Shown piece after piece: positions 47,977-60,595 of a DNA stretch of 64,000 nucleotides. Below the pieces are notes generated by a model, which worked only from the letters and a program-made list of their open reading frames with translations, did not search any database and was not told where the DNA came from. The position numbers and the translations under genes were made by a program. How positions within the stretch are numbered: the first letter of the stretch is position 1; each line of letters starts with the position of its first letter. The stretch comes from Phycisphaerales bacterium (GTDB taxonomy: Bacteria; Planctomycetota; Phycisphaerae; Phycisphaerales; SM1A02), in NCBI GenBank assembly GCA_046350535.1, contig JAXMAG010000001.1:447488-511487 (forward strand), read 5' to 3'.

Positions 47977-48719
47977 ACCCCATGACCACACTCAACATCG
48001 ACCGTCTCCGGGATCTCTTCGACGAACGCGGCCGGCGCCTCCTGCCCGCGGCCGCGGCGATCCTCCTCCTGGTGGGCGGCGCCGCGGGCACCTGGTGGTG
48101 GATGTCCACGCGCTGGACGCCGCCGCCGTCGATCTTCGATCACCCGGTGGATGACGCCCTGGGCTACCTGGCCCTCCCGGACTTCAACAAGCTCCCGCTT
48201 CAGGAGCGCATGCGCTTCCTGATGGAGCTGGCGGATCGCTTCCGCGGGCTCCAGCCGGGAGAGTCCGCCACCGCGGCCGCCTTCCTGGCCGGCGTGGTGG
48301 GACCCGCGCGGGAGCAGCTCACCCAGAACGCCCGGCTCCTGGCCAAGGACATCCTGGCGGAGGGCGCCGCCACCTACATGGACCTGCCGGACTCGGAGAA
48401 GGGCAAGTACATCGACGAGTGGGTGGTCAAGTGGATGAAGACCGGAGAGCGCCTGGCCACCGGCAAGGAGGGGAAGGCGACGGACGAGGAGCGCCTGGCG
48501 GACATCCGCGAGGACATGGGCAAGGAGCGGGATCGGGCCGCGCGGCGCATGAGCGGAGAGGGCGGCGGCGGCGGACGCCCCAAGCCGGAGCTGAACGATC
48601 GCTCCGCCGGCCGCTTCATGGACTTCTGGCAGGGCGAGGTGGAGAAGGCGTCGACGCCCAAGGAACAGGGCCAGATCGTTCGCTTCATGGACGACATCCG
48701 CAAGCACTTCAGCCGCTAG
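47973..48719 (+). CDS. Membrane-anchored hypothetical protein
   Basis: Track ORF (TTG 47973 overlapping upstream stop, or ATG 47982). One N-terminal TM (LLPAAAAILLLVGGAAGTWWW), charged helical remainder; no family recognised. Confidence 0.55.
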   Translation: MNPMTTLNIDRLRDLFDERGRRLLPAAAAILLLVGGAAGTWWWMSTRWTPPPSIFDHPVDDALGYLALPDFNKLPLQERMRFLMELADRFRGLQPGESATAAAFLAGVVGPAREQLTQNARLLAKDILAEGAATYMDLPDSEKGKYIDEWVVKWMKTGERLATGKEGKATDEERLADIREDMGKERDRAARRMSGEGGGGGRPKPELNDRSAGRFMDFWQGEVEKASTPKEQGQIVRFMDDIRKHFSR

Positions 48720-48745
48720 CGCCGCGCCGGGTGGCGGCGCGGCGC
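48719..48745 (+). other. Perfect 11-bp all-GC hairpin between the hypothetical gene and hrpB (no U-tract)
   Basis: GCGCCGCGCCG ggtgg CGGCGCGGCGC starting at the last base of the stop codon. Confidence 0.5.
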
Positions 48746-48765
48746 AGCGTCTACGCTGCAGCCGC

Positions 48766-51276
48766 GTGAGCGCAGACCCAGGCCAGCTTCCGGTCCGGCG
48801 CATCGCCGCCCAGCTCCTGGAGCACGTGGCGGCATCGCCGCGCGTGGTGCTCACCGCCGAGACCGGCAGTGGCAAGACCACCCAGGTCCCGCAGATCCTC
48901 TGCCACTCCCCCGCGGTGCAGGGGCAGATCCTGGTGCTGGAGCCGCGCCGGCTCGCGGCCCGGATGACCGCGGCGCGGGTGGCGTCGGAGCGGGGCGTGC
49001 GTCTGGGCGCGGAGGTTGGCTACCAGACCCGCTTCGACGGCGCGTGGAGCCGGGAGACGCGGATCGGGTTCGTGACGGAAGGCGTCTTCCTGCGGCGCCT
49101 GCGGGAGGAGCCGGGGCTGCCCGGCGTGGGCGCGGTGCTGCTGGACGAGTTCCACGAGCGCAGCATCCTGGCGGACCTCTCGCTGGGGCTGGTGCGGCGC
49201 ATCCAGTCCGGGGCGCGGCCGGACCTCCGGCTCCTCGTGATGAGCGCCACGCTGGATGCGGAGCGCCTGGCCACGGAGCTCCAGGCACCCGCGCTGCGGG
49301 CGGAGGGGCGCACGTTCCCGGTGGAGGTGGTGCATCGGCCCGCGGAGCCGGGCCGCGCCGCGTGGGAGCAGGCGGCGGATGCCCTGGACGAGGCGCTCGC
49401 CGCGGGCTCCGATGGTGACGCGCTCGTCTTCATGCCCGGGGCGTGGGAGATCGAACGGACCGTGCAGGAGATCTCGTCCCGCCGCCGATCGGGGGAGACG
49501 CTCGCGGTCCTGCCGCTCCACGGCGGGATGCCGCCGGAGGCCCAGGACCAGGCGCTGCGGCCGCGGCGGGAGCGCCGGGTGATCGTGGCCACGAACGTCG
49601 CCCAGACCTCGATCACGATCGAGGGCGTCCGCCTGGTGATCGACTCCGGCACGGCCCGCGTGCACCGGCGGGACCTGGCCCGGGATCTTGACGCCCTGGT
49701 GCTTGAGCCGATCAGCCAGGCGGCCGCGGATCAGCGCGCGGGCCGCGCCGGGCGGACGGCGCCGGGCCGCTGCATCCGCCTCTGGAGCCGGCAGGAGCAC
49801 GCGCGCCGCGCCGTGCACGACGCCCCGGAGGTGGAGCGGGTGGACCTCTCGGATGCCATGCTGACGCTCGCGGTTCTCGCGGCGCGTGAGGGGCCGGGAG
49901 TCGCGGCCGCGGCGTTCGAGTCATTTCCGTGGGTGGATGCGCCGCCGGCCGCAGCGGTGGCGCGGGCCCGCGAGTGCCTTCAGGCGCTGGGGGCGATCGA
50001 CGCCGCGGGTCAGCCCACGGCGACGGGCGCGGCGATGGCTCGGCTCCCCCTCCCGCCGCGGCTGGCGCGGGCGATGGTGGAGGCGGGGCGGCGCGGTTGC
50101 ACGGAGCGGGCGGCCATCTGGTGCGCGCTGGCCGCGGAGCGGGAGGTGCTGGAGGAGCGGCCGTCGCCGGCGCTTCTGGCCCGGCTGCGCGGCGACGACG
50201 AACCCGGGGATCTGGTGGTGCGGGAGCGGCTCCTGGAATCCCCTGGGCGGGACGGCGACGGCGGCGCCGTGGCGGAGGTGCGCCGCGCCGCGACCCAGGT
50301 GGCCAGGGCCGCGTCCGCCGTGGGCGGGCGGGCGCCGCGCCGCGACGACTCCCTGAAGGCCGTCACCATCTCGCTGGCCGCGGGCTTCCCGGAGCACGTC
50401 GCGTGGCGCCCGGACGGAGCCCGGCCGCACGCCTTCCTGGCCGGCCGCCGCAAGGTGTCGATCCATCCGCAGTCGCTCGCGCGCGGGTCGGGGTTCGTGC
50501 TGGCCCTGGAGATCCGCGCGGACGCGAGGGATCCATCCACGCAGGTGCTGTCGCTCCTCTCCCCGCTGCGCCAGGAGTGGGTGGAGGAGGCGTTCCCGGA
50601 GCGGTTCGAGACCCGCGTGGAGCAGCGCTGGAACCCGGAGCGGCGGGCCGTGGAGGAGGCGGAGGAGCGCTGCTTCGACGGCATCCCCATCCAGGCCACC
50701 CTGCGCCCGCCGCGGCGCCTGGCGGCGGCCGGACAGCTCCTCGCGGAGCGCATCTCGGCGGGTGAGGTGGCGCTGTCGCAGTGGGACGAACGCGTGGAGC
50801 AGTGGCTGGCCCGCGTGCGCTGCGCCCGCGCGTGGTTCCCGGAGGAGGGGCTCCTGGCCTACGACGAGCAGGACCTCGCGGTCATCCGCGCGGAGATCGT
50901 GGGAGAGCGCTTCCGCGCCAGCCAGGTGGAGGACCTGCCGTGCCTGGACGCGGTGCGGGCGGCGCTCGGGGACGCGGGCTGCCGCCTGGTGGAGCGGGTG
51001 GCGCCGGCGGAGCTTCCGCTCCCGAACGGCCGCCGCCTCCGGCTCCGCTACGAACCCGGCCAGCCGCCGCGCGGCGCCGCCCGCATCCAGGACCTCTACG
51101 GGCTGGACTCCTCTCCCACGGTGGCTCGGGGGCGCGTCCCGGTGCTGCTTGAGATCCTCGGGCCCAACCAGCGGCCGCTCCAGGTGACCAGCGACCTCGC
51201 CGGATTCTGGAGCCGTCTCTACCCGCAGCTGAAGCCGGAGCTGAAGCGTCGCTATCCGCGACACGAATGGCGCTAG
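48766..51276 (+). CDS. hrpB: ATP-dependent RNA helicase HrpB (DEAH box)
   Basis: Track ORF 836 aa. LTAETGSGKTTQVPQ (motif I), LLDEFHERS (DEFH), MSATLD, ATNVAQTSITIEG, QRAGRAGR (motif VI), C-terminal HrpB domain ...YPRHEW. Confidence 0.93.
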   Translation: MSADPGQLPVRRIAAQLLEHVAASPRVVLTAETGSGKTTQVPQILCHSPAVQGQILVLEPRRLAARMTAARVASERGVRLGAEVGYQTRFDGAWSRETRIGFVTEGVFLRRLREEPGLPGVGAVLLDEFHERSILADLSLGLVRRIQSGARPDLRLLVMSATLDAERLATELQAPALRAEGRTFPVEVVHRPAEPGRAAWEQAADALDEALAAGSDGDALVFMPGAWEIERTVQEISSRRRSGETLAVLPLHGGMPPEAQDQALRPRRERRVIVATNVAQTSITIEGVRLVIDSGTARVHRRDLARDLDALVLEPISQAAADQRAGRAGRTAPGRCIRLWSRQEHARRAVHDAPEVERVDLSDAMLTLAVLAAREGPGVAAAAFESFPWVDAPPAAAVARARECLQALGAIDAAGQPTATGAAMARLPLPPRLARAMVEAGRRGCTERAAIWCALAAEREVLEERPSPALLARLRGDDEPGDLVVRERLLESPGRDGDGGAVAEVRRAATQVARAASAVGGRAPRRDDSLKAVTISLAAGFPEHVAWRPDGARPHAFLAGRRKVSIHPQSLARGSGFVLALEIRADARDPSTQVLSLLSPLRQEWVEEAFPERFETRVEQRWNPERRAVEEAEERCFDGIPIQATLRPPRRLAAAGQLLAERISAGEVALSQWDERVEQWLARVRCARAWFPEEGLLAYDEQDLAVIRAEIVGERFRASQVEDLPCLDAVRAALGDAGCRLVERVAPAELPLPNGRRLRLRYEPGQPPRGAARIQDLYGLDSSPTVARGRVPVLLEILGPNQRPLQVTSDLAGFWSRLYPQLKPELKRRYPRHEWR

Positions 51277-51343
51277 AGGGCGCCGCGGCCCCGCACGCGC
51301 CGGGCGGCGCAGAGGCGTCGGCGGCCCCTGACCCGCGCGGGCG

Positions 51344-52120
51344 TCAGTCGATCCCGAAGAGTTCGTCCGGCACCGGGCCGCGCCGCCGGTGCAGCACGCC
51401 GGAGCGCGTGCCCTCGCCGAACTGCGACTCGTCGTCCTCCAGCACCGGAAGCGTCTCGCCCCAGCGGCGCGTGCCCTGGTGGACGTCCCGGATGAGATGC
51501 ACGGCCTCCTCGACGTCGTCGGTGAGGTGCACGAGCGAGAGATCCTCGCGCGAGATCGTCGCGTAGCGCTCCGCCAGGGTGCCGCGGCACCATTCGAGCA
51601 GCCCCTCCCAGAACGCCCGCCCCACGAGCACCACCGGCATCGGCCGGATCTTCAGCGTCTGCATGAGCGTGAGGGCCTCGAACGCTTCGTCCAGCGTGCC
51701 GAAGCCCCCGGGGAAGATCACGGATCCGCAGGCGTACTTCACGAACATCACCTTGCGGATGAAGAAGTAGCGGAAGTCCAGCTCCACGTTCTGGTAGGCG
51801 TTGGGGGTCTGCTCGTGCGGCAGCGCGATGTTGAGTCCCACGCTCACGCCGCCCGCTTCCGCGGCGCCGCGGTTGCCGGCCTCCATGATGCCGGGACCGC
51901 CACCGGTGATGACCGCGAACCCGGCCTTCACGAGTCCGGAGGCGCACTGCCGCGCCATGTCGTAGTAGCGGCTGTCGGGCGTGGTCCGCGCGGAACCGAA
52001 GATGCTCACCGCGGGCCCGAGCGACGCGAGCGTGTCCACCGCCTCCACGAACTCGCTCATGATCCGCAAGGCGCGCCACGCTTCATGCCTGACCGCCTCG
52101 CGGTGTCCTTGGGTTTCCAT
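51344..52120 (-). CDS. LOG-family (TIGR00730) nucleotide 5'-monophosphate nucleosidase
   Basis: Frame of track ORF 51344..52222, start at Met35 (52120). VSIFGSAR, ITGGGPGIMEAGNRGA, PGGFGTLDEAFEALTLMQ. Confidence 0.88.
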   Translation of the reverse strand: METQGHREAVRHEAWRALRIMSEFVEAVDTLASLGPAVSIFGSARTTPDSRYYDMARQCASGLVKAGFAVITGGGPGIMEAGNRGAAEAGGVSVGLNIALPHEQTPNAYQNVELDFRYFFIRKVMFVKYACGSVIFPGGFGTLDEAFEALTLMQTLKIRPMPVVLVGRAFWEGLLEWCRGTLAERYATISREDLSLVHLTDDVEEAVHLIRDVHQGTRRWGETLPVLEDDESQFGEGTRSGVLHRRRGPVPDELFGID

Positions 52121-52231
52121 TGGTGGGCCGAGTCTAGGAAGCGCGGTCATGCGGCGCAAGCCCATGCAAGAGCTGCACTTGCGATGCCCTTCGTTGAATC
52201 TGAATGGCGGCTCCGATATCATCCGCCGATC

Positions 52232-53847
52232 ATGTCCAAGGCATCCTCAGCCCGGCCCGGCGGCCGGGCTTCTTCTTCGGGTAAGGGCGCTGGATCGGGG
52301 GAGCGGGCCGCGGCGGCCGCACCGGCCGCCAAGTCCGCGGCAGGCCGTCCGGCCGTCTCCAAGCCGGCCGCAGGGCGCGAACGCGACGCCGCCGCGCGCC
52401 CGCCGGCGGCGCGGACCGGCGACGCGGCGGCCACCCGCGCCGCCCGTCCCGCGGCGCCCAAGGCGCCCGCGGCCCGGGTGGAGCCGCGCACCAGATCCGT
52501 GGACCTGGCCACCTACTCCGCCGCCGTGCGCTGGCTCCACGACCGCACCGACATCGAGCGGATGCGGGTGGTCAAGCTGACGGACGAGGCCTTCAAGCTG
52601 GACCGCATGCGGCGCCTGCTGGAGCACCTGGGGAACCCGCACCAGCAGATCAAGACCGTGCACGTGGCCGGCACCGTGGGCAAGGGCAGCACGGTGGCCA
52701 TGATCGCCGCGATGCTGGAGAGCTGCGGCTACACCGTCGGCCAGTACGTGAGCCCGCACCTGGTGGACGTGCGGGAGCGCATCTCCATCAACGGCACCAT
52801 GATCAGCCGCCATGACTTCACCGAGACGATGAAGCAGGTGGCGGCCGCCGCGGCCAGGCTGGACTTCGAACCCACCTTCTTCGAGCTCATCACCGCCGCG
52901 GGCTTCAAGTACTTCGCGGAGCAGGCGGTGGACATCGCCATCGTGGAGGTGGGGCTGGGGGGCCGCCTGGACTCCACCAACGTCGTCACGCCGCTCGTGA
53001 GCGTGGTGACGCAGATCGACTTCGACCACACCCGCATCCTCGGCAACACCCTCACCGCCATCTCCCGTGAGAAGGCCGGCATCTTCAAGCCCGGCGTGCC
53101 GGCGCTCCTCTTCGAGCAGGCGCCGGAGGTGGAGCGCACGATGCGCGAGATGGCGGAGAAGAGCGGCGCGCTCCTCAGGGTCGTCAACAAGGACATCGAG
53201 TTCAGCAGCCGCTTCTGCTCCACGCCGGACCTGGGCCCGCACACCAGGGTGTGCCTCTACACCCGCACCAGCCGCCTGGAGCATCTCCCGGTGCCGCTGC
53301 AGGGGGAGCACCAGGCGTCCAACTGCGGCCTGGCCCTGGCGGCGGTGGACATCCTGAAGGGCTGCGGGTTCGACTGCGACGAGGACCGCGTGACCGCGGG
53401 GCTGGCCCGCACCCGCGTGCCCGGCCGCATGGAGATGGTGAGCGAACGTCCCCGCATCCTGGTCGACGGCGCCCACAACCCGGCCTCCGTCAACGCCCTG
53501 ATGCGCTGCGTGGGGGCCCACGTTCCCTACGACAGCATGGTGTGCATCTTCGGCTGCTGCGCGGACAAGGACGTGGGGGCGATGCTGGACCGCGTCAACC
53601 TGGGCGCGGACAAGGTGATCTTCACCCGCGCCGCCACCACGCCGCGGGCCGCGGACCCGGAGGAGCTGCAGAAGGCCTTCCAGGAGCGCTCCGGCAAGAT
53701 GAGCCAGGTGGCGCGTTCCCTCGCGGACGCCCTGGCCCTGGCCACGCGGGCCGTGAGCCGGGACGACCTCATCGTGGTCACCGGGAGCTTCTACCTGGTG
53801 GGAGAGGCCATCAAGCTGCTGCACCACGAACGTCAGCGGGCCGAGGC

Positions 53848-53851
<4 letters not shown>
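52232..53851 (+). CDS. folC: Bifunctional folylpolyglutamate synthase / dihydrofolate synthase with about 90-aa basic Ala/Pro-rich N-terminal extension
   Basis: Frame of track ORF 51389..53851, ATG 52232. HVAGTVGKGST (P-loop), SPHLVDVRERI, VEVGLGGRLDSTNV, ISREKAGIFKPG, LVDGAHNP, GSFYLVGE. Confidence 0.9.
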
Positions 53852-56682
<2,831 letters not shown>

Positions 56683-56706
56683 CCCGGACGGCAACGCCGC
56701 GCACTG

Positions 56707-56742
56707 AAAAAGGGCGAGGCCCGCTGACGCGGCGCCTCGCCC
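56707..56742 (-). terminator. Intrinsic terminator oriented for the minus strand (hairpin then U5), abutting the leuS stop
   Basis: Plus strand reads AAAAA GGGCGAGGCCCGC tgac GCGG(c)GCCTCGCCC: 13-bp stem with one bulge; on the minus strand the hairpin is followed by TTTTT. Confidence 0.65.
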
Positions 56743-56930
56743 CCGGGGAGAAATGCCTGCACGTGGCGCCCGGAGAGGTCAGTGGCTCGGACGCCGGAGG
56801 AAAGGCCGGAGGAGAGTGGGGACTCCGGCGTGTTCGTGCGCTCCCGCAGAGATATACGGAACCCGCGCCGCGCGGATCGAGCCGGTTGACGAAAATTTCC
56901 GGGACGACCTGCGGCGCCGGCCCCGCGGGA

Positions 56931-57824
56931 TCAGCCCTCCTCGCCGTGCCAGGAGCGGCTGGGCAGGTCGTAGATGAGGCTCACCGCGGCGGGGTGCCGC
57001 TCCGTGGGTGCGGAGCAGCAGCATCCGACGTCCACGAAGGTGCTCGTGAGGAGCGCCTCCTTGGGGTGCAGCTCGAGGTGGCCGGAGACGCCCAGGAGCT
57101 GCCCGATCCGCCACGCCTCCGGGCGGGCCACGTCGCGGGACGGGGCCCCCAGCTGGCAGGCCACGAAGAGGGCCGTGGCCTCCGCCGCCAGTTCGTGGAC
57201 CACCGCGCGCCGACGCGACGCGATCGTGACGGCACCGCCGTCGGCGAAGCGCAGCCACGCGATGGTCCGGAGATCCGCTTCCAGCGGCGACGCCTTGGGC
57301 GTCATGGCCGCTGCGATGACGTTCTGGAGATCCCACGCCTCCACCCGGTCCGTGGGTCCCGGCTCCACCCGGATGGCCTGGGTGAAGCCCGCCAGGCCGT
57401 GCCGGAGCGCCCGCATGAGGGCCACGTCGTCCAGCACCAGGAACTCCGGTCCCGCGGCGGCCGCGGCCCCCACGGTCTCCACGAAGTCCGTGAGGTTGCG
57501 GGCGGTCTCGCCCGCGGCGGCGAGCGCCCCCTCGGCGCCGCCGGGAGTCCGTTCGAACCCGATCAGCACCGTCCAGCCGGGCCGGGCGGCGCGGGCCGTG
57601 AGGCACGCCAGGGCGTCCGCAGGGTGCAGCGGCCGCAGGTCCATGACCCAGCGGCGGCCGCGCTCCTCCTCCGGCGTCCACTGCTCCCACTCCCCGCCCT
57701 GCTTCAGGGTGCGTTCCTGGAGGTGGATGCGCAGCGGCAGGAACTCCGCCCGGCGGTGGCCCGGCAGCGCCGCCGGGTTGAAGACGCTCGAAGTGTCCGC
57801 GATTCCAGGAGTGGTGGGCTTCAT
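56931..57824 (-). CDS. Hypothetical protein with C-terminal Cys cluster (VDVGCCCSAP); no family recognised
   Basis: Track ORF 297 aa; ATG 57824 preceded by GGAGG at 5-nt spacing; balanced amino-acid composition. Confidence 0.6.
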   Translation of the reverse strand: MKPTTPGIADTSSVFNPAALPGHRRAEFLPLRIHLQERTLKQGGEWEQWTPEEERGRRWVMDLRPLHPADALACLTARAARPGWTVLIGFERTPGGAEGALAAAGETARNLTDFVETVGAAAAAGPEFLVLDDVALMRALRHGLAGFTQAIRVEPGPTDRVEAWDLQNVIAAAMTPKASPLEADLRTIAWLRFADGGAVTIASRRRAVVHELAAEATALFVACQLGAPSRDVARPEAWRIGQLLGVSGHLELHPKEALLTSTFVDVGCCCSAPTERHPAAVSLIYDLPSRSWHGEEG

Positions 57825-57843
57825 GGCTGCCTCCAGAACGAAA

Positions 57844-57870
57844 CAGGCCCTGTCGTCTGGACAGGGCCTG
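57844..57870 (-). promoter_or_regulatory. Perfect 11-bp hairpin in the 5' leader of the orphan gene, followed (minus strand) by UUUCGUUCU then the SD
   Basis: CAGGCCCTGTC gtctg GACAGGGCCTG; minus-strand order: hairpin - TTTCGTTCT - GGAGG - cagcc - ATG. Confidence 0.5.
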
Positions 57871-58270
57871 CGGCGAACGGACGGGAAAGATCCGTCAGCG
57901 CGCAGGTCCTGTCCGATTGCGATTGAAGCGGGGGAAACGGGTGCCCCGCGTCCGCACCTGGCATGCGCACCAGTGCGGTCCGGAGCGCGGGGTGCGCTGC
58001 GGCGCCGTGCGGCGCGCCGTGGCGTCCGCGATGCGATGCGCGAGTGATGTGAGGAAGGTCACCAACATCTGCACAAAGCTAGCCGTGGGTGCGCCTCCGG
58101 CAACTGCGCGGTGGCGCTTTCGCACCTTTCTGTTCGTCGGCGCGGTGCCCTGTGTTCCGGGAATCTGCTCCGCGGGCGTGTCGGCGCGGACGCGGCGTCG
58201 CTCCTCCGTCCTGCGCCGGACCGGCGCTGGACCTGCGGTGAACGGGGGCCACTATGATCGTGGCGAGGGG

Positions 58271-59644
58271 ATGAGCACCACACCTCCACACACACCCGGC
58301 GATCCGGCTCCCGGACCCGGCGAGGTCGGTTTCGAGCGCCGGACCGCGGAACCCTCCGGCTGGGTGGCCTTCTGGCCGCACCAGGAGGCGCCCACCAGCG
58401 AGGAGGTGGTGCAGGCGTTCGCGGCGTGGGTCGGTGCGCCGCTGGACGCCTCGCAGGCCGAGAACTCGGACGACACGCGAGACATGCTCTGGCACGCGAT
58501 CGTCCAGGTGCCGTCGATCGACGCCGCCGTGGTGGCGTGGGCGGAGGCAGCGGAGCCCCTGCGGGCGGAACTGCCGTCGGATCATCCGCTGAGCGCCTGC
58601 CGCTGGGTGGTGCGCATCCAGAGCGTCCTGGGCACCGGGGATCCAGCCGCGGACTACTTCCTGCTGGTGAGCATGCTGGCGGGGGCGCTCGTGGACTCCC
58701 CCGCGGTGCTGGACGTGGTGACCGGACAGGTCCTGATGCGCCCGGAGCTGGAGGCATGGTTCCTGGCCCCGGAGTCCCTCCCCAGCGACCACTTCCTGTG
58801 GCGCGTGGGCGGAGTGATGGCGGAGCTGGGGGATGGAGATCAGCGCCGCCGGCTGGCCATGCTGCACACCACGGGCCTGGCCCGCTGCGGTCGCCCGGAG
58901 CTGGAGATCCTGGAGATCCCGGAGGATCACGTGCAGGCGGGACTGGCGCTCCTCAACGCCGCGGCGGGACTGGTCCTGGATGGACCGCTCCCGGCGCCGG
59001 GCGAACCGCTGGAGCTGGGACCGGACCTGGCGGTGGTGCTCCAGCCCTGGCAGGCGGTGGCCGCCACCATGGAGGACGCCGCGCCTGGCAGCCGCGCCTT
59101 CCGCGCCGCACTGACCGGCGACGCCGGCGACGCCCTCGCCGGCCCCCGCGCCGTCCTCTGCGACCCGGCCCCGGCGGGCGCCTGGACGCGGGCCTGGACC
59201 TGGCCCCGCAGCGCCATCTCGCGCCTGGAGTCCGGCCGCGCGGTCATCTACTCCAGCGGCCGCGCCACGCTCGCGGCGGCGCGGCGGGCGCAGCGGACGT
59301 GGCCGAGCTTCGCCACCGCGTTCGCCAGCCTCAAGCGGAGCGATGACCCGGGCCTCCGCAAGCTGGCCACGGACTCCTTCATGGTGCAGGCGCCGCTCGT
59401 GGACGGCAGTGACCCGGAGCGTGCGGAGCAGGCGTGGTTCCTGGTCCAGCGGCTGGATGGCGAACGCGTGGAGGGGCGCCTCACGGCCGCGCCGGTGACC
59501 CGCCCGGACCTCTCCGAGGGCGACACCGTGCCGATCGAGCGCGAGGCCATCACCGACTGGCGGGCCTCGCTCTCCGACCACGAGTTCGGACCCGACGAAC
59601 CCGCCGCGCTCCTGAGCGAGGTTGACAGATTGCGGGGACTCTGA
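58271..59644 (+). CDS. DUF4026 + DUF2314 two-domain protein (hypothetical)
   Basis: Frame of track ORF 57917..59644, ATG 58271. C-terminal FMVQAPLVDG...EQAWFLVQRLDGERVEGRLTAAPV...GDTVPIEREAITDW matches my memory of DUF2314; N-terminal region resembles DUF4026 that commonly precedes it. Confidence 0.55.
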   Translation: MSTTPPHTPGDPAPGPGEVGFERRTAEPSGWVAFWPHQEAPTSEEVVQAFAAWVGAPLDASQAENSDDTRDMLWHAIVQVPSIDAAVVAWAEAAEPLRAELPSDHPLSACRWVVRIQSVLGTGDPAADYFLLVSMLAGALVDSPAVLDVVTGQVLMRPELEAWFLAPESLPSDHFLWRVGGVMAELGDGDQRRRLAMLHTTGLARCGRPELEILEIPEDHVQAGLALLNAAAGLVLDGPLPAPGEPLELGPDLAVVLQPWQAVAATMEDAAPGSRAFRAALTGDAGDALAGPRAVLCDPAPAGAWTRAWTWPRSAISRLESGRAVIYSSGRATLAAARRAQRTWPSFATAFASLKRSDDPGLRKLATDSFMVQAPLVDGSDPERAEQAWFLVQRLDGERVEGRLTAAPVTRPDLSEGDTVPIEREAITDWRASLSDHEFGPDEPAALLSEVDRLRGL

Positions 59645-60073
59645 ATGGCCGTGTTCAACGATCTCCCCGACGATCCCCTGGTGACCGTGCACGAGGCCCG
59701 GAACGAGTTCGAGGCCCGGACCGTGGCCGCCGTGCTCGAGGCCGCGGGCGTGCCGGCCAGCGTGTTCGTGCTGGCCAACTTCGGCCTGCCCACCCCGCTC
59801 TCGCCCGGCGCCACCGGGATCGCGGTGCAGGTGCACAGCTCCAGGCTGCACGCGGCCAGGGCGGCGCTCGAGGCCAACCGGGAGCTGGGCGCCAGCGTGG
59901 ACTGGGACAGCGTGGACGTGGGGGAGGCGGAGGCGGAGCAGCCGTGGCCCCTGATGGCCGGGAGGTTCGCGCGGCTGGCGGCCCGGGTGCTGCCGGCGCT
60001 GGGCGTGGTGGCGCTGGGCCTCCTGCTCCTGATCGCGGCGGGTCTGGCGGCGGTGGTGCTGCTGCGGCCGTGA
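59645..60073 (+). CDS. DUF2007-like (putative signal-transducing, PII-like fold) protein with C-terminal TM anchor
   Basis: Track ORF; ATG immediately after upstream TGA. LVTVHEARNEFEARTVAAVLEAAGVPA...VQVHSSRLHAARAAL; tail LPALGVVALGLLLLIAAGLAAVVLL. Confidence 0.55.
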   Translation: MAVFNDLPDDPLVTVHEARNEFEARTVAAVLEAAGVPASVFVLANFGLPTPLSPGATGIAVQVHSSRLHAARAALEANRELGASVDWDSVDVGEAEAEQPWPLMAGRFARLAARVLPALGVVALGLLLLIAAGLAAVVLLRP

Positions 60074-60085
60074 TACCCTGCCCGC

Positions 60086-60595
60086 ATGCACGTCGCTGCG
60101 CTCCGCATGCTCCGTCCGCTTGCCGCCGCGCTCGCCGTGGGCGCCGGACTCGGGAGCGCCGGTTGCAAGGACTACAGCATCCAGGGACGCGTGCTGGAGA
60201 CCGGGAGCGACACCGTCTCCATGGTGCCGCAGGATTCGCTCCTCCTGGAGGATGGCACGCCCGTCTCCGGAGCACGCGTGCTCCTCTTCCGCGATCCGGA
60301 CTCCCTCAACCGGACGGAGGTGGCCACCACCGTGGCGGACCGCGCCGGGCGGTTCACGCTGAAGGTGGGGGCGTTCGGCACGGGCTGGATGGACGAACGC
60401 TGGCTCATCCAGGTCCGCCGCGGCGGCTACACCGGCGCGGAGGACATGGTGGAGATGCCGCTGGATCCGGAGAAGTGGCGCGTCCTGGCCACCCTGAGCC
60501 GCGGCACCCCGCGAAAGATGGCGGATCCGGTCCGCGGCGCCGATGTCCTGGACAATGTTGAACAGTTCAAGGGCAGTGCCAGCGGAGGCCGCTGA
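60086..60595 (+). CDS. Lipoprotein with carboxypeptidase-regulatory-like beta-sandwich domain
   Basis: Track ORF. Lipobox LGSAGC; IQGRVLE...GTPVSGARVLLF...TTVADRAGRFTLKV. Confidence 0.6.
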   Translation: MHVAALRMLRPLAAALAVGAGLGSAGCKDYSIQGRVLETGSDTVSMVPQDSLLLEDGTPVSGARVLLFRDPDSLNRTEVATTVADRAGRFTLKVGAFGTGWMDERWLIQVRRGGYTGAEDMVEMPLDPEKWRVLATLSRGTPRKMADPVRGADVLDNVEQFKGSASGGR

